Positions 34,637-47,434 of a stretch of DNA of 64,000 bases are shown piece after piece. The stretch is from Tubulanus polymorphus (lineage: Eukaryota > Animalia > Nemertea): the NCBI RefSeq assembly GCF_964204645.1, contig NC_134032.1:6436275-6500274 (forward strand), written 5' to 3'. Both the position numbers and the translations under genes were made by a program. The number at the start of each line of letters is the position of its first letter. Positions within the stretch are counted from its first letter, which is position 1. The notes under the pieces were generated by a model. That model was not told where the DNA came from, did no database searches, and worked only from the letters and a program-made list of their open reading frames with translations.

Positions 34637-35617
34637 ATGACTGAGGCACGGAAGTTATATGTCGACTCCGGCAAAATCAACACTACACATGACCGTCTAG
34701 ATGACCTAGTTAAGCGTGTAGATCATGTCTCGGATTTATCAACCGCTGTACCGATCATGCAGAAATCGTCCGAACAACTAAAGAAATTAGTAGACAGAAA
34801 TGATAATCGCGTCAAAGATATCCTGGAGAAAACGTGCAATACGAACGCTCAAGTCATGTCAGCCTTAGAGCTGCTCAATGATTTGAAATCTACGGCTGCG
34901 AACAATTCACCGGTAGCAAGGGAGGAGTCTTTACACGAAAATAGTCTCCTCGCTTCTAGTGATACGGATGGCCACAGGAATCTGATTGTCGACTCCGATA
35001 ATGACACAATCAGCAACGTCCGACATATCAACACCTACAGCCCGACACCTCGTGAGGCCTCACTAAGTCAAAGTCGGAATTATCGGAGCGTTTACATTAT
35101 CGGCGATTCGAATACCAGATATATAGATCCGAAACGTTTCGTCAAAGATGCTTGCAAAGTATTCTCTAAACGCGCTTTCACCATCAGGCAAGCATCGGAT
35201 GTCGTAGACAAAATCCAGCATGAGCGTGTGTCCTGCATCATACTGCATGTTGGCACCAACGATATAAGAAACCTCAATAGCGGTAGTGCTTGTGTAGACA
35301 AATACATCAACCTAGTTAATAAAATCAAGGACTACTTCCCAGGTGTGAAACTCGTTGTCTCATTAATTCCGCCGAGATTCGATACGCGAACCTTCGACAT
35401 CCAGTCGAGATCATTTAACTCTTATATCGTATCATTAGCCGCGCACGACAGAAACACCACCGTAGTGAACAATGACAACCTTGATGATCAACAACGTTTC
35501 TACAAGGACTCGATCCATCTCAACAAGAGAGACGGAATCAGGAGATTCGCCAACAACTTAGCGACTGGTGTCCGCAGAGCTTTACAACTGTTCACCAGGC
35601 ACTCCAGATATCACTAG
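34637..35617 (+). CDS. LINE ORF1 with coiled coil and SGNH/GDSL esterase domain (N-terminus probably disrupted)
   Basis: IIGDSN, LHVGTND and DSIHLN blocks. Confidence 0.85.
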   Translation: MTEARKLYVDSGKINTTHDRLDDLVKRVDHVSDLSTAVPIMQKSSEQLKKLVDRNDNRVKDILEKTCNTNAQVMSALELLNDLKSTAANNSPVAREESLHENSLLASSDTDGHRNLIVDSDNDTISNVRHINTYSPTPREASLSQSRNYRSVYIIGDSNTRYIDPKRFVKDACKVFSKRAFTIRQASDVVDKIQHERVSCIILHVGTNDIRNLNSGSACVDKYINLVNKIKDYFPGVKLVVSLIPPRFDTRTFDIQSRSFNSYIVSLAAHDRNTTVVNNDNLDDQQRFYKDSIHLNKRDGIRRFANNLATGVRRALQLFTRHSRYH

Positions 35618-35733
35618 ATACTCTTATCTATATATATAAATTCTATTGTTACAGGTATTATCCTGGCTCTTGCTTGTATTAAACAACTGCTGTGTATTTG
35701 TCTTAAAATACTATTACTGTCACTACCCGTATC

Positions 35734-38726
35734 ATGCTCAATATATGTCATTGGAATATCCAGGGTGTGAAAAATGGATTTATATGTAAGACTGAGGACG
35801 AGTACTTTAAGAAACTTACCAACTGTTATGATGTTATATGCCTAACAGAGACATTTACTTGCCAAAACGATGAAATCTCAAACGAAATTTCTGGGTTCAA
35901 GAAGCTGCAATCGTGTAGAGCTAATCTGCCAAATGCCCGTAGAAATTATGGGGGCATAATAATATATGTTAAAGACTATCTTAGAAACTTTGTCAAAGTG
36001 GTTGAAAACAATTCATCGGAAATAGTTTGGCTCAAAATAACTCCAAATTCCGGCACCAAAAATTCTAGTTCATTATATCTGGCCATTGCCTATATTAGCC
36101 CCTTAAATTACACTTACGGAGCAAAACACTCCGATGAAACTTTTCAACTCCTAGAGAGCTGCTGCTCTAAATACCGTAAACGCGGTGATGTAATGATTAT
36201 AGGTGACCTTAATGCCCGGACCGCAGCAGCTAATGTTATACCTAAAACAGATGAGGATGACTTCGCTTTTCTACCAAATATCCAGGAGCTTGTCTCCAAA
36301 AACGGTTATATGCCCAACAGGAGAAGCAAGGATAAAACCATTAACAAAATGGGGAGAAATATGCTTGAAATGTGTGATACTGCCAATTTATGCATTTTAA
36401 ACGGCAGAAGCCCCGGTGACTTTTTGGGCAAGTACACTTGTCATCAGTATAATGGTAGTAGCACTCCCGACCTTTGTATAGTAAACCAAGACCTGTTTCA
36501 TAATGTCAGATATTTCCATGTCCATGACCTAAGTGAGCTGTCTGATCATTGTCCAATTGCTGTAGGCTTAAACTTTGAAAACCAGGAACCAACTAAAAAT
36601 CATTCTAGCTTTAAAAAGAAATGTCTTGAAAACAAGCATTTCAAAAATTACAAGTCACCGTCCGATATTCAAAACCTGCTGTCAAACCCAGAAACTATAC
36701 AAAAATTGCAGGATCTTAACAACAGTAACAGATGGACATCAGACAGCCCAACTCAAGAGTCAGTTGACCGGATAGTAGAGGATTTTGTTAATATTTTGAA
36801 GAACGATTGCCGAAAGCCAAGGGTAACCAAAGCACGCAAATCCTATAAGAAATGGTTTGATGATCAATGCCACCAAAAAAAGCACCGAATCCGTAAATTC
36901 GGCAGACTTATTAGTGAATTCCCATCAGATGATACCAGAGCTGAATACTTTAAAGCCAAAAAGGCTTACAAAAAGCTTATCAAATCAAAAAAACTAAAAT
37001 TCAAACAGGCTCAACTTGATAAACTTAACCAGCCAAATCTACCACCCAGGACATTCTGGAACGCGGTCACTAATCTTGCACCTGGTGGTGATAAGAATAA
37101 AACTTATGAAGGCCCAAATGCGGAAGATCTACTACAGCATTTTATTAATATCAGTAAAGGGGAAAATCATACTGAAAATCAAATAGATACCAATACAGGC
37201 AATAACCCAATCAACCCTAATACTCAAATATTCCATGAACTTGATTACAGAATAACTGAACGCGAAATACTTGAAGCAATCAATAAGCTTAAGAACAACA
37301 AATCCCCGGGGTTAGATAGCGTCACCAACGAATTACTAAAATTCGGACAAGAGGCAATCTCAAAAAGCTTACTACAAATCTTTAACCACGTCTACAGTAA
37401 TGGTATCTTCCCGAGTTCTTGGGCCCAAGGAATAATAACACCCATCCATAAAGGTGGCGCGCCCAATAACCCGGAACAGACTTATTGAATATCTATGTTA
37501 TAATAAAATTATCAATAAAAACCAGATAGGATTCATGCCAAAAGGCAACACCTCTGATCATATATTTACGCTAAAGACCATCATTGACAAAAAATTGCTG
37601 AAATCACAAAAGCTATACACATGTTTTATTGATTTAAAACGAGCATTTGATTCCGTCTGGCACGAGGGACTTATGCATAAGCTAAACGATCTTAATCTTG
37701 GGCAACACTTTCAAAACATAATATCTAGCATGTACTCAAAAACAACCTGGTGCCTGAAAATCGGTACCAATATAACGTCTGAAATGTATCCCTCAAATGT
37801 GGGAGTAAAGCAAGGTGACATACTTAGCCCTATCCTGTTTAATATTTTCATAAATGATGTGATCGATATATTTGATGAATTGTGTGATCCTGTTCAATTA
37901 CATAACTATCTCATAGATTGCTTATTATACGCTGACGATATCGTTTTGATATCAGAGTCCCAAAGAGGGCTCCAACGTTGTCTGGATAAGTTATATACCT
38001 ATTTTCAGAGGTGGAAACTTGAAGTTAACATTAAAAAAAGTAAGGTCATAGTATTTAATCGTAAAGGTAACATTCCAGTGTCCCTAGACTTTAAGTACGG
38101 CAATCTAGCATTAGACATAGTGAAAGAATACAAGTACCTCGGTATAATTTTTTCATCAGACGGTGTTTTTAACAAAGCAAAGGTCCACCTGGTAAATAAT
38201 GCTAGAAGAGCCATGTTCTCAATCCAAAAACTTATTGGTGCGGGTAACTGCACCCCAGAAGTATGTATAAAACTTTTCGATAATTTGGTGGCACCAATTT
38301 TATTGTACAGCTGTGAAATTTGGGTCCCCTCAAAACAACTCCTAAGGAAAATCTCAAAAACTGATGTCTTTAACATTGAATTAGCATTTGAAAAAGATGA
38401 CCACCTACAGAAACTATTTATCTCGTTTTGTAAATATGTACTTAATGTAACACGTCGAGCAACAAACATGGCTGTAATTGGTGAACTCGGTAAATACCCA
38501 CTCTATATAGCTGCTTGTATGAGACTCCTGAAATTCTGGCATGCTGTGCACCAGAATCAGGACAGATTGGTGTACCACGCCATGCAATCATCAATCTTGT
38601 TGAACTCTACTTGGTATAACTTCCTCGCAAAACTTGCTGGCATCCTTAACCATTCAGAACTGATAGAGAATCCATCTAATTCTAAATCTTTTACCCGAGC
38701 TAAACATACACTACAAGAGAAATATA
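35734..38726 (+). pseudogene. LINE ORF2 (AP endonuclease and RT), frameshifted by a deletion near 37475 and cut by the insertion
   Basis: WNIQG, LTET, GDLNA, SDHCP; NQIGF, FIDLKRAFDSV, GVKQG..LSP.LFN, LLYADD, YKYLG, GELGKYP. Confidence 0.9.
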
Positions 38727-40897
38727 CATTATGAGAATGCCGGTTTGCTAGCGTATCTATTTAACACCCGTATTGCTCGGGTTAGTTTTACTATCAACGG
38801 GTGGCGCTGTATGTAAATTTCACATAAATCAACGACTTTCGGCTATTAGCGGTACTTAAGACCACTTGAAAACATCATAGTCAATTACGGTAGTAGTGAA
38901 CATAAAAAGATACAGTACAAAGATACAGTACGGTGTACAGTTAAGGACATGATTCCATAGCACCCATACTAGAGACATTTTATTCAGACAATGACTATTA
39001 GTTAAACATAATCTTCATGACATTTTCAGCAATTAATGATCTGTTGAATTAATTAGTGATTCGGTCTTTCGGTGGTTCGAGATAAAATGCCCGCAAAATA
39101 AGAACCTAACGAACCAGGGCTGACCACAAATTGCCCAACAGATACATTTTCGAAACGACACAATACAATCATGTTTGGTAACAAATGTGGCGTGGACCAT
39201 GGTCTTTTAACTGACCAATGCATGACCAGTACTGACCATATAGTAAATTATTTGTTTGCAAACAATTAAGTTGTTTGGTGTCAAATAACTAGATATGATG
39301 TGGGCATTAATCTAAAAATTGTTTAACTGACCAATGCTTGACCAGTACTGACCAGTTACCAGTGCTAACCAGAACCCCCATAAGTAATTTATATGTTTAG
39401 TGAATCCTTCGTTGGTACTACTAGCTCTTACATTTAAATTTGTCGCTAGAAAAAGTCTTGTCCGATTTTTGTTGTAGGTAGCGAGCTAACTTTGAAATTC
39501 CGCTAAAATGCATAAGATTTTTACGTAGGGTTTTGAACGAACAACGTTTCCATTTGTAATTGTAACGTGCGCATTTGAGCCTGTAACGTGCACATTTCAC
39601 TCGCGTGAACGTGCGTATCGGTACCAACATGCGAGACTTGTCAAACTTTTACGATCAAGACTTTTAACCTGAACAAAGAAGATATCATATCATATTATAT
39701 ATACATGAATAGATGGAATGATAATGTAGTAGTTTTAAATGTTTCGCAGCTGCTGTCCACTGACCACAGATCAAAGCTAATTGCCTGATATGAAATATAT
39801 TTTTGTTATAGAGATGTAGTAGATCAGTGAGAATTCAAACTTATGGTTAATTTTGAGTGATCACAACGCTAACCTATAGAGAAAGCTGTAAGTCCTAAGA
39901 AAATATGCATTAAGTATAACATATCTTTCAATATAATGATGAAGTATTCAACTGGCCATCACAACAATAGTTTGACTTATCTTATTGAAAAAACCGGAGT
40001 GTTAATGAAGGAAAACCTTGAATTCGAAACAATTCCACACTCAATCGTTTACTTTGAAAACACAATTTGCATTTTGTGGACATGTATTTTTTTCTGCACC
40101 AAAAGCATGAAGTATATTATCTTTGCTTGTAAAAATTTGAAATTTTGGGGAAGATTTTTGGCCTCGTTAACCTGTGAACACGTCCTTCGTATATTTTCTA
40201 AGACCGACCCTTGAAAAAATGCTGAGAGTTCCGAGGATAATTTTGGTAGGATGTAAACTTAGGCTGCTTCGCATCCGTGGAGGGTTGCTAATACACATTA
40301 ATCATAAGTACCATGAGATTCGATAGAATATCGTTTTTCAATCATACGTACACGAATTATCGCGATATAAAGATAAATAATATGTTCATATACTTTTTAC
40401 ATCTTATACTGTATATTTCTTTAGTAGTATAAATAAAGAGTGGATCAGCAGGCCACCTGAGACCATTCCACGATCTAAGGTCAGTTGCCAAAAGTTATTA
40501 AGTTTACCAGTGGATAGTTAACATTTATAATGACTATTACATTTTCATTGCTAAAATAACTTTGTACTTGTTGACTCAAAAGCAGAGAATTGAAAATACG
40601 ATAATACGATACGAAAACTCAGTGTACAAATTCAAAAAGATTATCTCTAGTGAGAGATCGAACGTTGTGTCGTAATTTTCTAATGATAAAACATGGTTTG
40701 AAATTTGAAATGTGTACATAGTTGATCTTTTTCAATGTATTTAGTCATGTATCATATTGGATGATGGTTAATTTAAACTATCTTTTGAGAAACGGGTCCC
40801 AGAGCTGTATCCTTTACTCCTGTAATAGAGGATGCAATCTATTTGCGACAAACACACAAATCACGATTGGTAGAACACTATATCCGTGTTGACGCGA

Positions 40898-41341
40898 TGA
40901 GGAGAGAATCCCACAATGATAATAAAAAGTCCGAAAATGAAACTTCGAGAAGGTAGTTTATTTCAACGTTTCGACTATATCCTAATAGTCATCTTCAGGA
41001 ATAATGAGATACTACAGAAATTATGAGATATATTTACAATCCAGAGACAAAGAGACTAATTCAAGTAATCAGAGATGATACTAACTAAAGGAAAATTAAC
41101 GTAGAAACAGTCATTAGTAACAGTAACTGTTTCTACGTTAATTTTCCTTTAGTTAGTATCATCTCTGATTACTTGAATTAGTCTCTTTGTCTCTGGATTG
41201 TATATATATCTCATAATTTCTGTAGTATCTCATTATTCCTGAAGATGACTATTAGGATATAGTCGAAACGTTGAAATAAACTACCTTCTCGAAGTTTCAT
41301 TTTCGGACTTTTTATTATCATTGTGTGGTATTCTCTCCTCA
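40898..41341. repeat. Near-perfect palindrome (about 214-bp arms, 14-nt loop), probably inverted Penelope-type pseudo-LTRs
   Basis: 40898-41111 is the reverse complement of 41126-41341, with one internal mismatch and a small indel near the outer ends. Confidence 0.92.
41232..41280 (+). ncRNA. Minimal type I hammerhead ribozyme motif (mirror copy on minus strand at about 40958-41005)
   Basis: CTGAAGA (41239-41245), stem II GACTAT/ATAGTC, GAAAC-GTT, stem I TTATTC/GAA(A)TAA. Confidence 0.7.
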
Positions 41342-44300
41342 GCTAGTGCAAATAGCTAGAAAAGGTAACAATAGTGCATTGGTAAACTTAGAGCAAGCGT
41401 ACATTGGTTGTTTAGGTTTTTCGAAGGGGAGAATTTGTGGGAAAATTAATCATTACTGAGATATATCCGTGGCGAGCTTTTCCAGGGATTTAAAAAGTTG
41501 AGCTGTACACAAGGAATTTTGTGTAGTCCAATATCCGTGATTACCTCTGGCGTGGAGAGATACAATCTAAAACCAACCCTAGAGTCAAATATTTTACCAC
41601 AATTTTTTGTGATCAATAAAAAGATTGAGTAATAGACATTCAAACAGTATTATCTAAATTCCACTCCATTTTAAACTCATTCATCTCTTCACAAACCCCA
41701 ACTTGTTGAACAGTCCACATTAAAATTAGGGACCACTATTCTTGCTCATCTACACTGGCTACCAATCTAACAAAGGATTAAATTTGAGTGTTTGATGTTA
41801 CAACAATATCAGACTGAAGTATGGATTCGGTTTCTACTTTTTAATTGAACATTTATATCACATATTGGGCATCATTTTTACCAGTATATATTGAATAACC
41901 TATCCATATATCATCTTCAATTTTATAAAATCTGACTTTTGAGATGTCATTCAATCAATGCATTCACATGCGGTCGTCGCTTTCAATAGCCACCACGGAC
42001 TGGCTCCTTATTATTTCTTTGGCGATACCATTGGCGGACGATCCCACACGTTTCTTGCTCCAGCCCTAGAATGCTCAATATTCGTCATGAACCCCGATTT
42101 GAGTTTAAATTCAAAATACTCCTAAAACACACCGGTTAACTAGATTACTCTAAAACACCTTTATGTGCAAGAATCAGTGAAATTGGCGCTTTATCAGTTG
42201 TATTCATCATTCGTACCCACGAATCTCGTATCGTATCCTATTAATGTGGAGACCCATCCTCGTAAAGAGAATGAATAGGCTCTGTTGCGTTCATATCATT
42301 TGATATGAGGCTACGTGTCATCTTCAATTGAAATCACGTTGTTTTTTTAAAGGGTGGGCGAGAATATATTCTTATGTTTTTGTTTCTCTGAATGTTGCTA
42401 TTTAAGAGTTCAATAATTTCAGTCTACCAAACAAAGGATTTTCCGTATGTTTCGTGACATGTTTTTCCATAACCCTAGGAGAGCATTTTAGGTATTTTTT
42501 TGCGGATGACCGTAAGCTGCTGCCCCTTTCTAGTAATTTGATGATATCCGTCGAAATCTAAATTCTAAAAAGGAATCAGGCATATCTTCTTTATTGACTA
42601 AATATGAACTCAACAACAAGTGACACTCCCTTCAAAGGCGCCGAAGTAAAATCATGTGTCGAGTGGAGATGATATTGTGTCAGAATTTCTTCAAAATCGG
42701 AGAAAATTGAATATTTTAAAAATAATCATTTTACATGTATGTTTAAATCCGTTATAACTGGAGCAATTTTCATGAAAAAATATCTATGGAATCAGCGAAA
42801 TGTAATTAAGAGGAATACTATGTTTAAAAAGTTATCAAAGACATTTGAAAAAAGTTTTCTGAATTCGTCAACTGTTAAACTAGTAACAACCAGATGTGTT
42901 CCCATTAAACCACCGACCGCGAGCCGAGTCGATGTGAGATGTGCCCTACACTGAAAATCTCAAGTGCTATACAACCGGTTTTTTAGGTGCCTCTGAATGT
43001 CGGCCGTTAAAAAACTGAACAATTCCCATTTGGAAAGGGCCTACGTAGTTAGAGAAAATTCAATATGTGTATATCGTGTTTGATACAGGCTCCATATTTC
43101 ATGTGCGTTTGGAATTTAACCTTGTTTATAACGAAACACGCATGTATTTATGCTATTTTAGATTTAAAAAGAGCGCACGAAAGTGTTTCATGAGACCCGC
43201 AAATAACGTCAAGTTATTTATGCATTTTTGATTTATATGAATAAATTTCGCTTCGAAATCTTAAAATTTATCAGGTGGATTATTCAATAAATTCACAACA
43301 GTCCATTATGGATTAGTTTGACGCCAATCGTTCTTTTAAAGATCTTTTTTTCTCGAAGAAAGATTTTCTTAAAAACTTTGATTATGGCGAATCTTTTATG
43401 TGTCCGATAGTTAAACCTTCGGGTATTATACTAGAACACAAATTTTTAAAGATATTCATAACATACTGAAGGATATCACAGGTTATACCCGAACATATGC
43501 AGTTGGATAGATCTTTTTGTTTCGACTCGCATGCGACAGTAAAAACGGTACTTGATATAATAAGTGAACTTCATCATTGATATTTTCACTAATCTACTTG
43601 AATTCCAAAAAAGAACTGACAATAAAAAAGGGTTACAGACTGATATCGCTACAAATTTCAATTCCTTTTGAACATTTTTAATATAAAGAAAACTATTAAC
43701 GAAACAGTTTTTAGAGGCGAAGAATCCGCGTTGCCATCGAATTTTCAAAACTTGAAGGAATGGTTAATGCCTCGGTGACCACTGGTCTAGTACGCGGTTT
43801 TCTGAAATGAAAGTGGCCAAGTCTAAAGAACAACTATTGTATCACATGATTTCAAATATTAGGAACCCAATGCGTTTAATGATTTAATTAATTGGTATCG
43901 CGCAGATTGGTTGAAAGACGGGTGTTAGTCACCTTGTGATTTAATTGTTTTTCATACATCGATTAATTAATCTTATTATAACTTATTTGTAGGCGCATCC
44001 CGCAAACATTTTCTATTCGTTGAGTCTTCAAACGCAGTACTGTTCAGATGATTCGAGTCAAGTAGTAAAAAAGTTTATGTATTAGCATTACTATGCAGTG
44101 AAAATAACGCACTGCGGCAAGTGAGGTGCTGTGATCCAGATGTGTAACCCATTTATGGGTAATAAATTTCCATCATGTCAACGCCATTCAAAAACAGTAG
44201 CAAAACTTTCTGCTGGTTTCTAGAAATAGCAATACGACGACAAGCACTTTCGAATTCGACCACGATATTTGAGAAGTTTCACTGGTGGTCAGTGATGGTC

Positions 44301-45073
44301 AATTTATGAATTTTAATGGCGACTCCTTTCTAGTTTCACACCAAAAGCGGTACCGGTATATCGTTCTTTCAAGAAGTTTCAATTGGTCAGTGGTGGTCAG
44401 TGATGGTCAATTTATGAATTTTCAATGGCGAATCCTTTCTAGTTTGACACCATAACGCGGTATATCGTTTTCATATTCGAGAAGATTGAATTGGTCATTG
44501 GTGGTCAGTGATGGTCAGTGATGAATTTGCAATGATGATTCCTTAGAGGTTTGAAAACAAACATTACATGATAAATTTCCGAAATTCGAAGTCAAGTGGT
44601 CAGACTCGGGGATATCTCAATTGGTCAGTTACTGACCATCATGGTGTCACCATTGTGGTCTATAGCTCAAATGAAACATGTGGAACCGACGAAGGGGCCC
44701 AAAAGCGCTAAGTCATTTCCTGGAGTGACGTGATCCAAAAACGCCCTAACTGGAAAAGGCAGTCTCTCAATTTGGATGAAACCAAATCGGACAGGACAAT
44801 TAAAATTTGGGAAGGCCACAGGTAGTGGTCTTGCTACGAAGCCCACGCGGTGAGCGTATTGTTATGAAATCTTGTTTTAAACCACCATGTACCACGAAGT
44901 AATAAGCATCGTTGTAAGCACTTGAAACAGCCATTAACCACTTGAAACTGTCAGATCAAACATCATACCGCATCCCCGCAAAGAGGGGTGGTTCAGCAAA
45001 CCGGAGTTTTCATTAGCCTCTCTAGACTACCCCGCCAGTACGGGTAGCCGAGCAAACCGGAAAACTCATAATG

Positions 45074-45511
45074 AAAATTTTTTGGCACAAATGGATATCA
45101 AATTCCCCAAAACTAGACTGCTACAAAAATCTAAATCCTGAATTTACCATGACGCCATTCTTAATGGATCCTATACTACCAAAACTGTTTAGAACCAACA
45201 TTTGTAAATTTAGGATAAGTAATCATCGTCTGCTGATAGAGCGAGGAAGATATACCAATTTACCAAGAGAGAATAGACTGTGTCAACAATGTAATGCCAT
45301 TGAAGATGAGTTTCATTTTATAATAGAATGCTCTCGACTAAATGAAATAAGATATAACCTAAACAGAGCAGTGAGCTGTATATACCCAGATGCCCCAAAT
45401 TGGGAGGACCAGACCAAATTCAAAAAACTTCTCACAGATAAGAAACTACATGGTCCTATTGGGGAATACATCTCTAAAGGCTTTGAAATCCTAGACTCTG
45501 ATAATAATTAA
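45074..45511 (+). pseudogene. C-terminal part of the interrupted LINE ORF2
   Basis: FW...SPKLDCY, FRISNHRLLIERGRY, RLCQQC..IEDEFHF..EC; the ATG at 45071 belongs to the inserted TIR. Confidence 0.9.
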
Positions 45512-47434
45512 CACGAAACTGCTTTTATTCTTGTTATATTAATGTAAAATGTTTATGTTTTGTAAATACTATTTGTAAATATCACTCTGTGCATCTCGAC
45601 CCGAAAGGGTGTAAGCAGTACAATAAAGAGTTTATTGAATTGAATTGAATTGAAATACAAACTTCGCTCAGTGCATAGTGCATAGTATATGGACTCATTC
45701 TTTTCGTTGTTTTGTAAGATGGAATATCTGGAGCTCGGAAATGTGAATTGACTCTGGTAAGTATCATTTAACGAATGCATATTATATAATTTGTAAATAT
45801 AGGCCATAAAGCCTGAGTGACTCAGAATCGGATCAGCCATAATTAATGTTTAAAACGTTCCCATTACTTTTGTATTTGTTATAGAAACTATAGGTGACAA
45901 TAATGTGAGCGCAGTGCAAAAGATCTTTTCCAATCTCGGACCTTTGGCGGAAAAAAATTAAGAAATGTACAAAGTCTGTACATTTGGCAATCGTGTCGCT
46001 TCAAAATAGCGAAATTGCGGAAACAGATTAGTTAATCTTGACTCATAGCCTTTACTGTGTGACTGTATTTTGATAGAAGATAAACATTTTCAATCTATAT
46101 ATTCACTGGTTTTCAGATGTGATGATAACAGCAGAGCTTCACGTATTACCAGGGATTCTGAGAGAGAATGCGAAAGAACTGAAAACCGTTTACAAGGTTC
46201 GTATTTTTTCTGAATCAAATTTCACTGTTAACTTTGTTTGTCTTTTCTGTTGACAAATGTATTTGGAACTGATGCATGTAATATTATAAAGTGTAGATTT
46301 ACTCACAGAGTATGCATGATTGCAAAACATAATCGATTTTGTTACACCATTAATTGTTCTCAATATTATTTATATTTCAGGAAATATACGACCATCAGCT
46401 GGGTGCTGCGGTTGAAAGGTTACGATGGTGGCTGCGTGTTGGAACAAACTTATTTAAGAAGATGGCTTACAATTAATTGAAAGGGAAGAGATTCTCGATA
46501 AGTTGAGTGGCCTGCCTTATGTCGGACTTATACGTTTAGCATACCATCTTAAGCGTATATCAACAATGTAACTGGAGACAACCAGTTGCAAGGCACTTTT
46601 CGCCGTATGAGAGGAATCGGCTGGATACAATCAGTTGCTTGAATTTTTCGATACGCTAGCTTACGACGGGTAAGCGACGATCTATTTTCAGTGTCAGCCG
46701 CTTGTTGCCTCTTCTACGTTTGAGCAACTGGTCGAACTAGTCTTCTTCTTTTTGTTCTGAACAAAGGAATAATTGCCTGATCATGTACACATGGCCCTAT
46801 AGGCTCGAAACTACAATAGCACGATAATAATTAGGCCCAAAGCATTACGTTACATTACGTTAGCATTACGTCACTATACTCTATGTTTTTATCCAACAAA
46901 AAATTTAACTGAATGTTTTGATAAAAGTTGAGCCGATAATACACACAATTTTCTTTTTTGAGTTGTATTAGAACTTTGAATTTACTAGTTTTTTTTTAAA
47001 CTGCACAGTCTATCATGAAACGCATAGAGTTTGGAACAGTTAAATTGTTTTTTGAAGCATTAAATGTTCTTTCCCCCTGTCGTCTCACCATAAAACCTAG
47101 TCAATGTCTCAGACTAGCAAATCAAGTTATTCAGTCTCTCTACATATTATTATCACAAGTTAAAGGGGTTCGCCACACATTTTAAACGTACAACATTTTA
47201 GATTTTAAAGGACGAATTAAAATAAAGGTTCATTAATTCTAAAAATGTATCGTTATCGCACACGGTCACCAATTTTAGAATATTGTGATATATGATACAT
47301 AGTTAATTGTTTTCATGGTTAACCCAATTCTAATTTCTAGTCAAAATGTTTTGTATTGGCCTGCACCACATAAAAAATAGGCTATATTCATCAGCTATAC
47401 TAATCATTCTCTGTTGCAGTTCTATTAAATTCTT

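Larger units (their letters stand above)
38727..45073. mobile_element. 6347-bp non-autonomous TIR element of unclear superfamily
   Basis: Left CATTATGAGAATGCCGGTTTGCT versus reverse complement of the right end CATTATGAGTTTTCCGGTTTGCT (20/23); ACTGACCA repeats at 39.1-39.8 kb and TGGTCAGT repeats at 44.3-44.65 kb; LINE frame resumes right after it. Confidence 0.85.
33800..45654 (+). mobile_element. Near full-length RTE-X-like non-LTR retrotransposon interrupted by a 6.3-kb insertion (5' end approximate)
   Basis: Esterase ORF1, APE-RT ORF2, C-terminal Cys/His domain resuming at 45074, GAAA stem-loop, AATAAA (45622) and (ATTGA)4 tail. Confidence 0.88.

Noticed and set aside
45071-45511. Independent 146-aa gene
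   Set aside because: It is the LINE ORF2 tail; its ATG comes from the inserted element's TIR.
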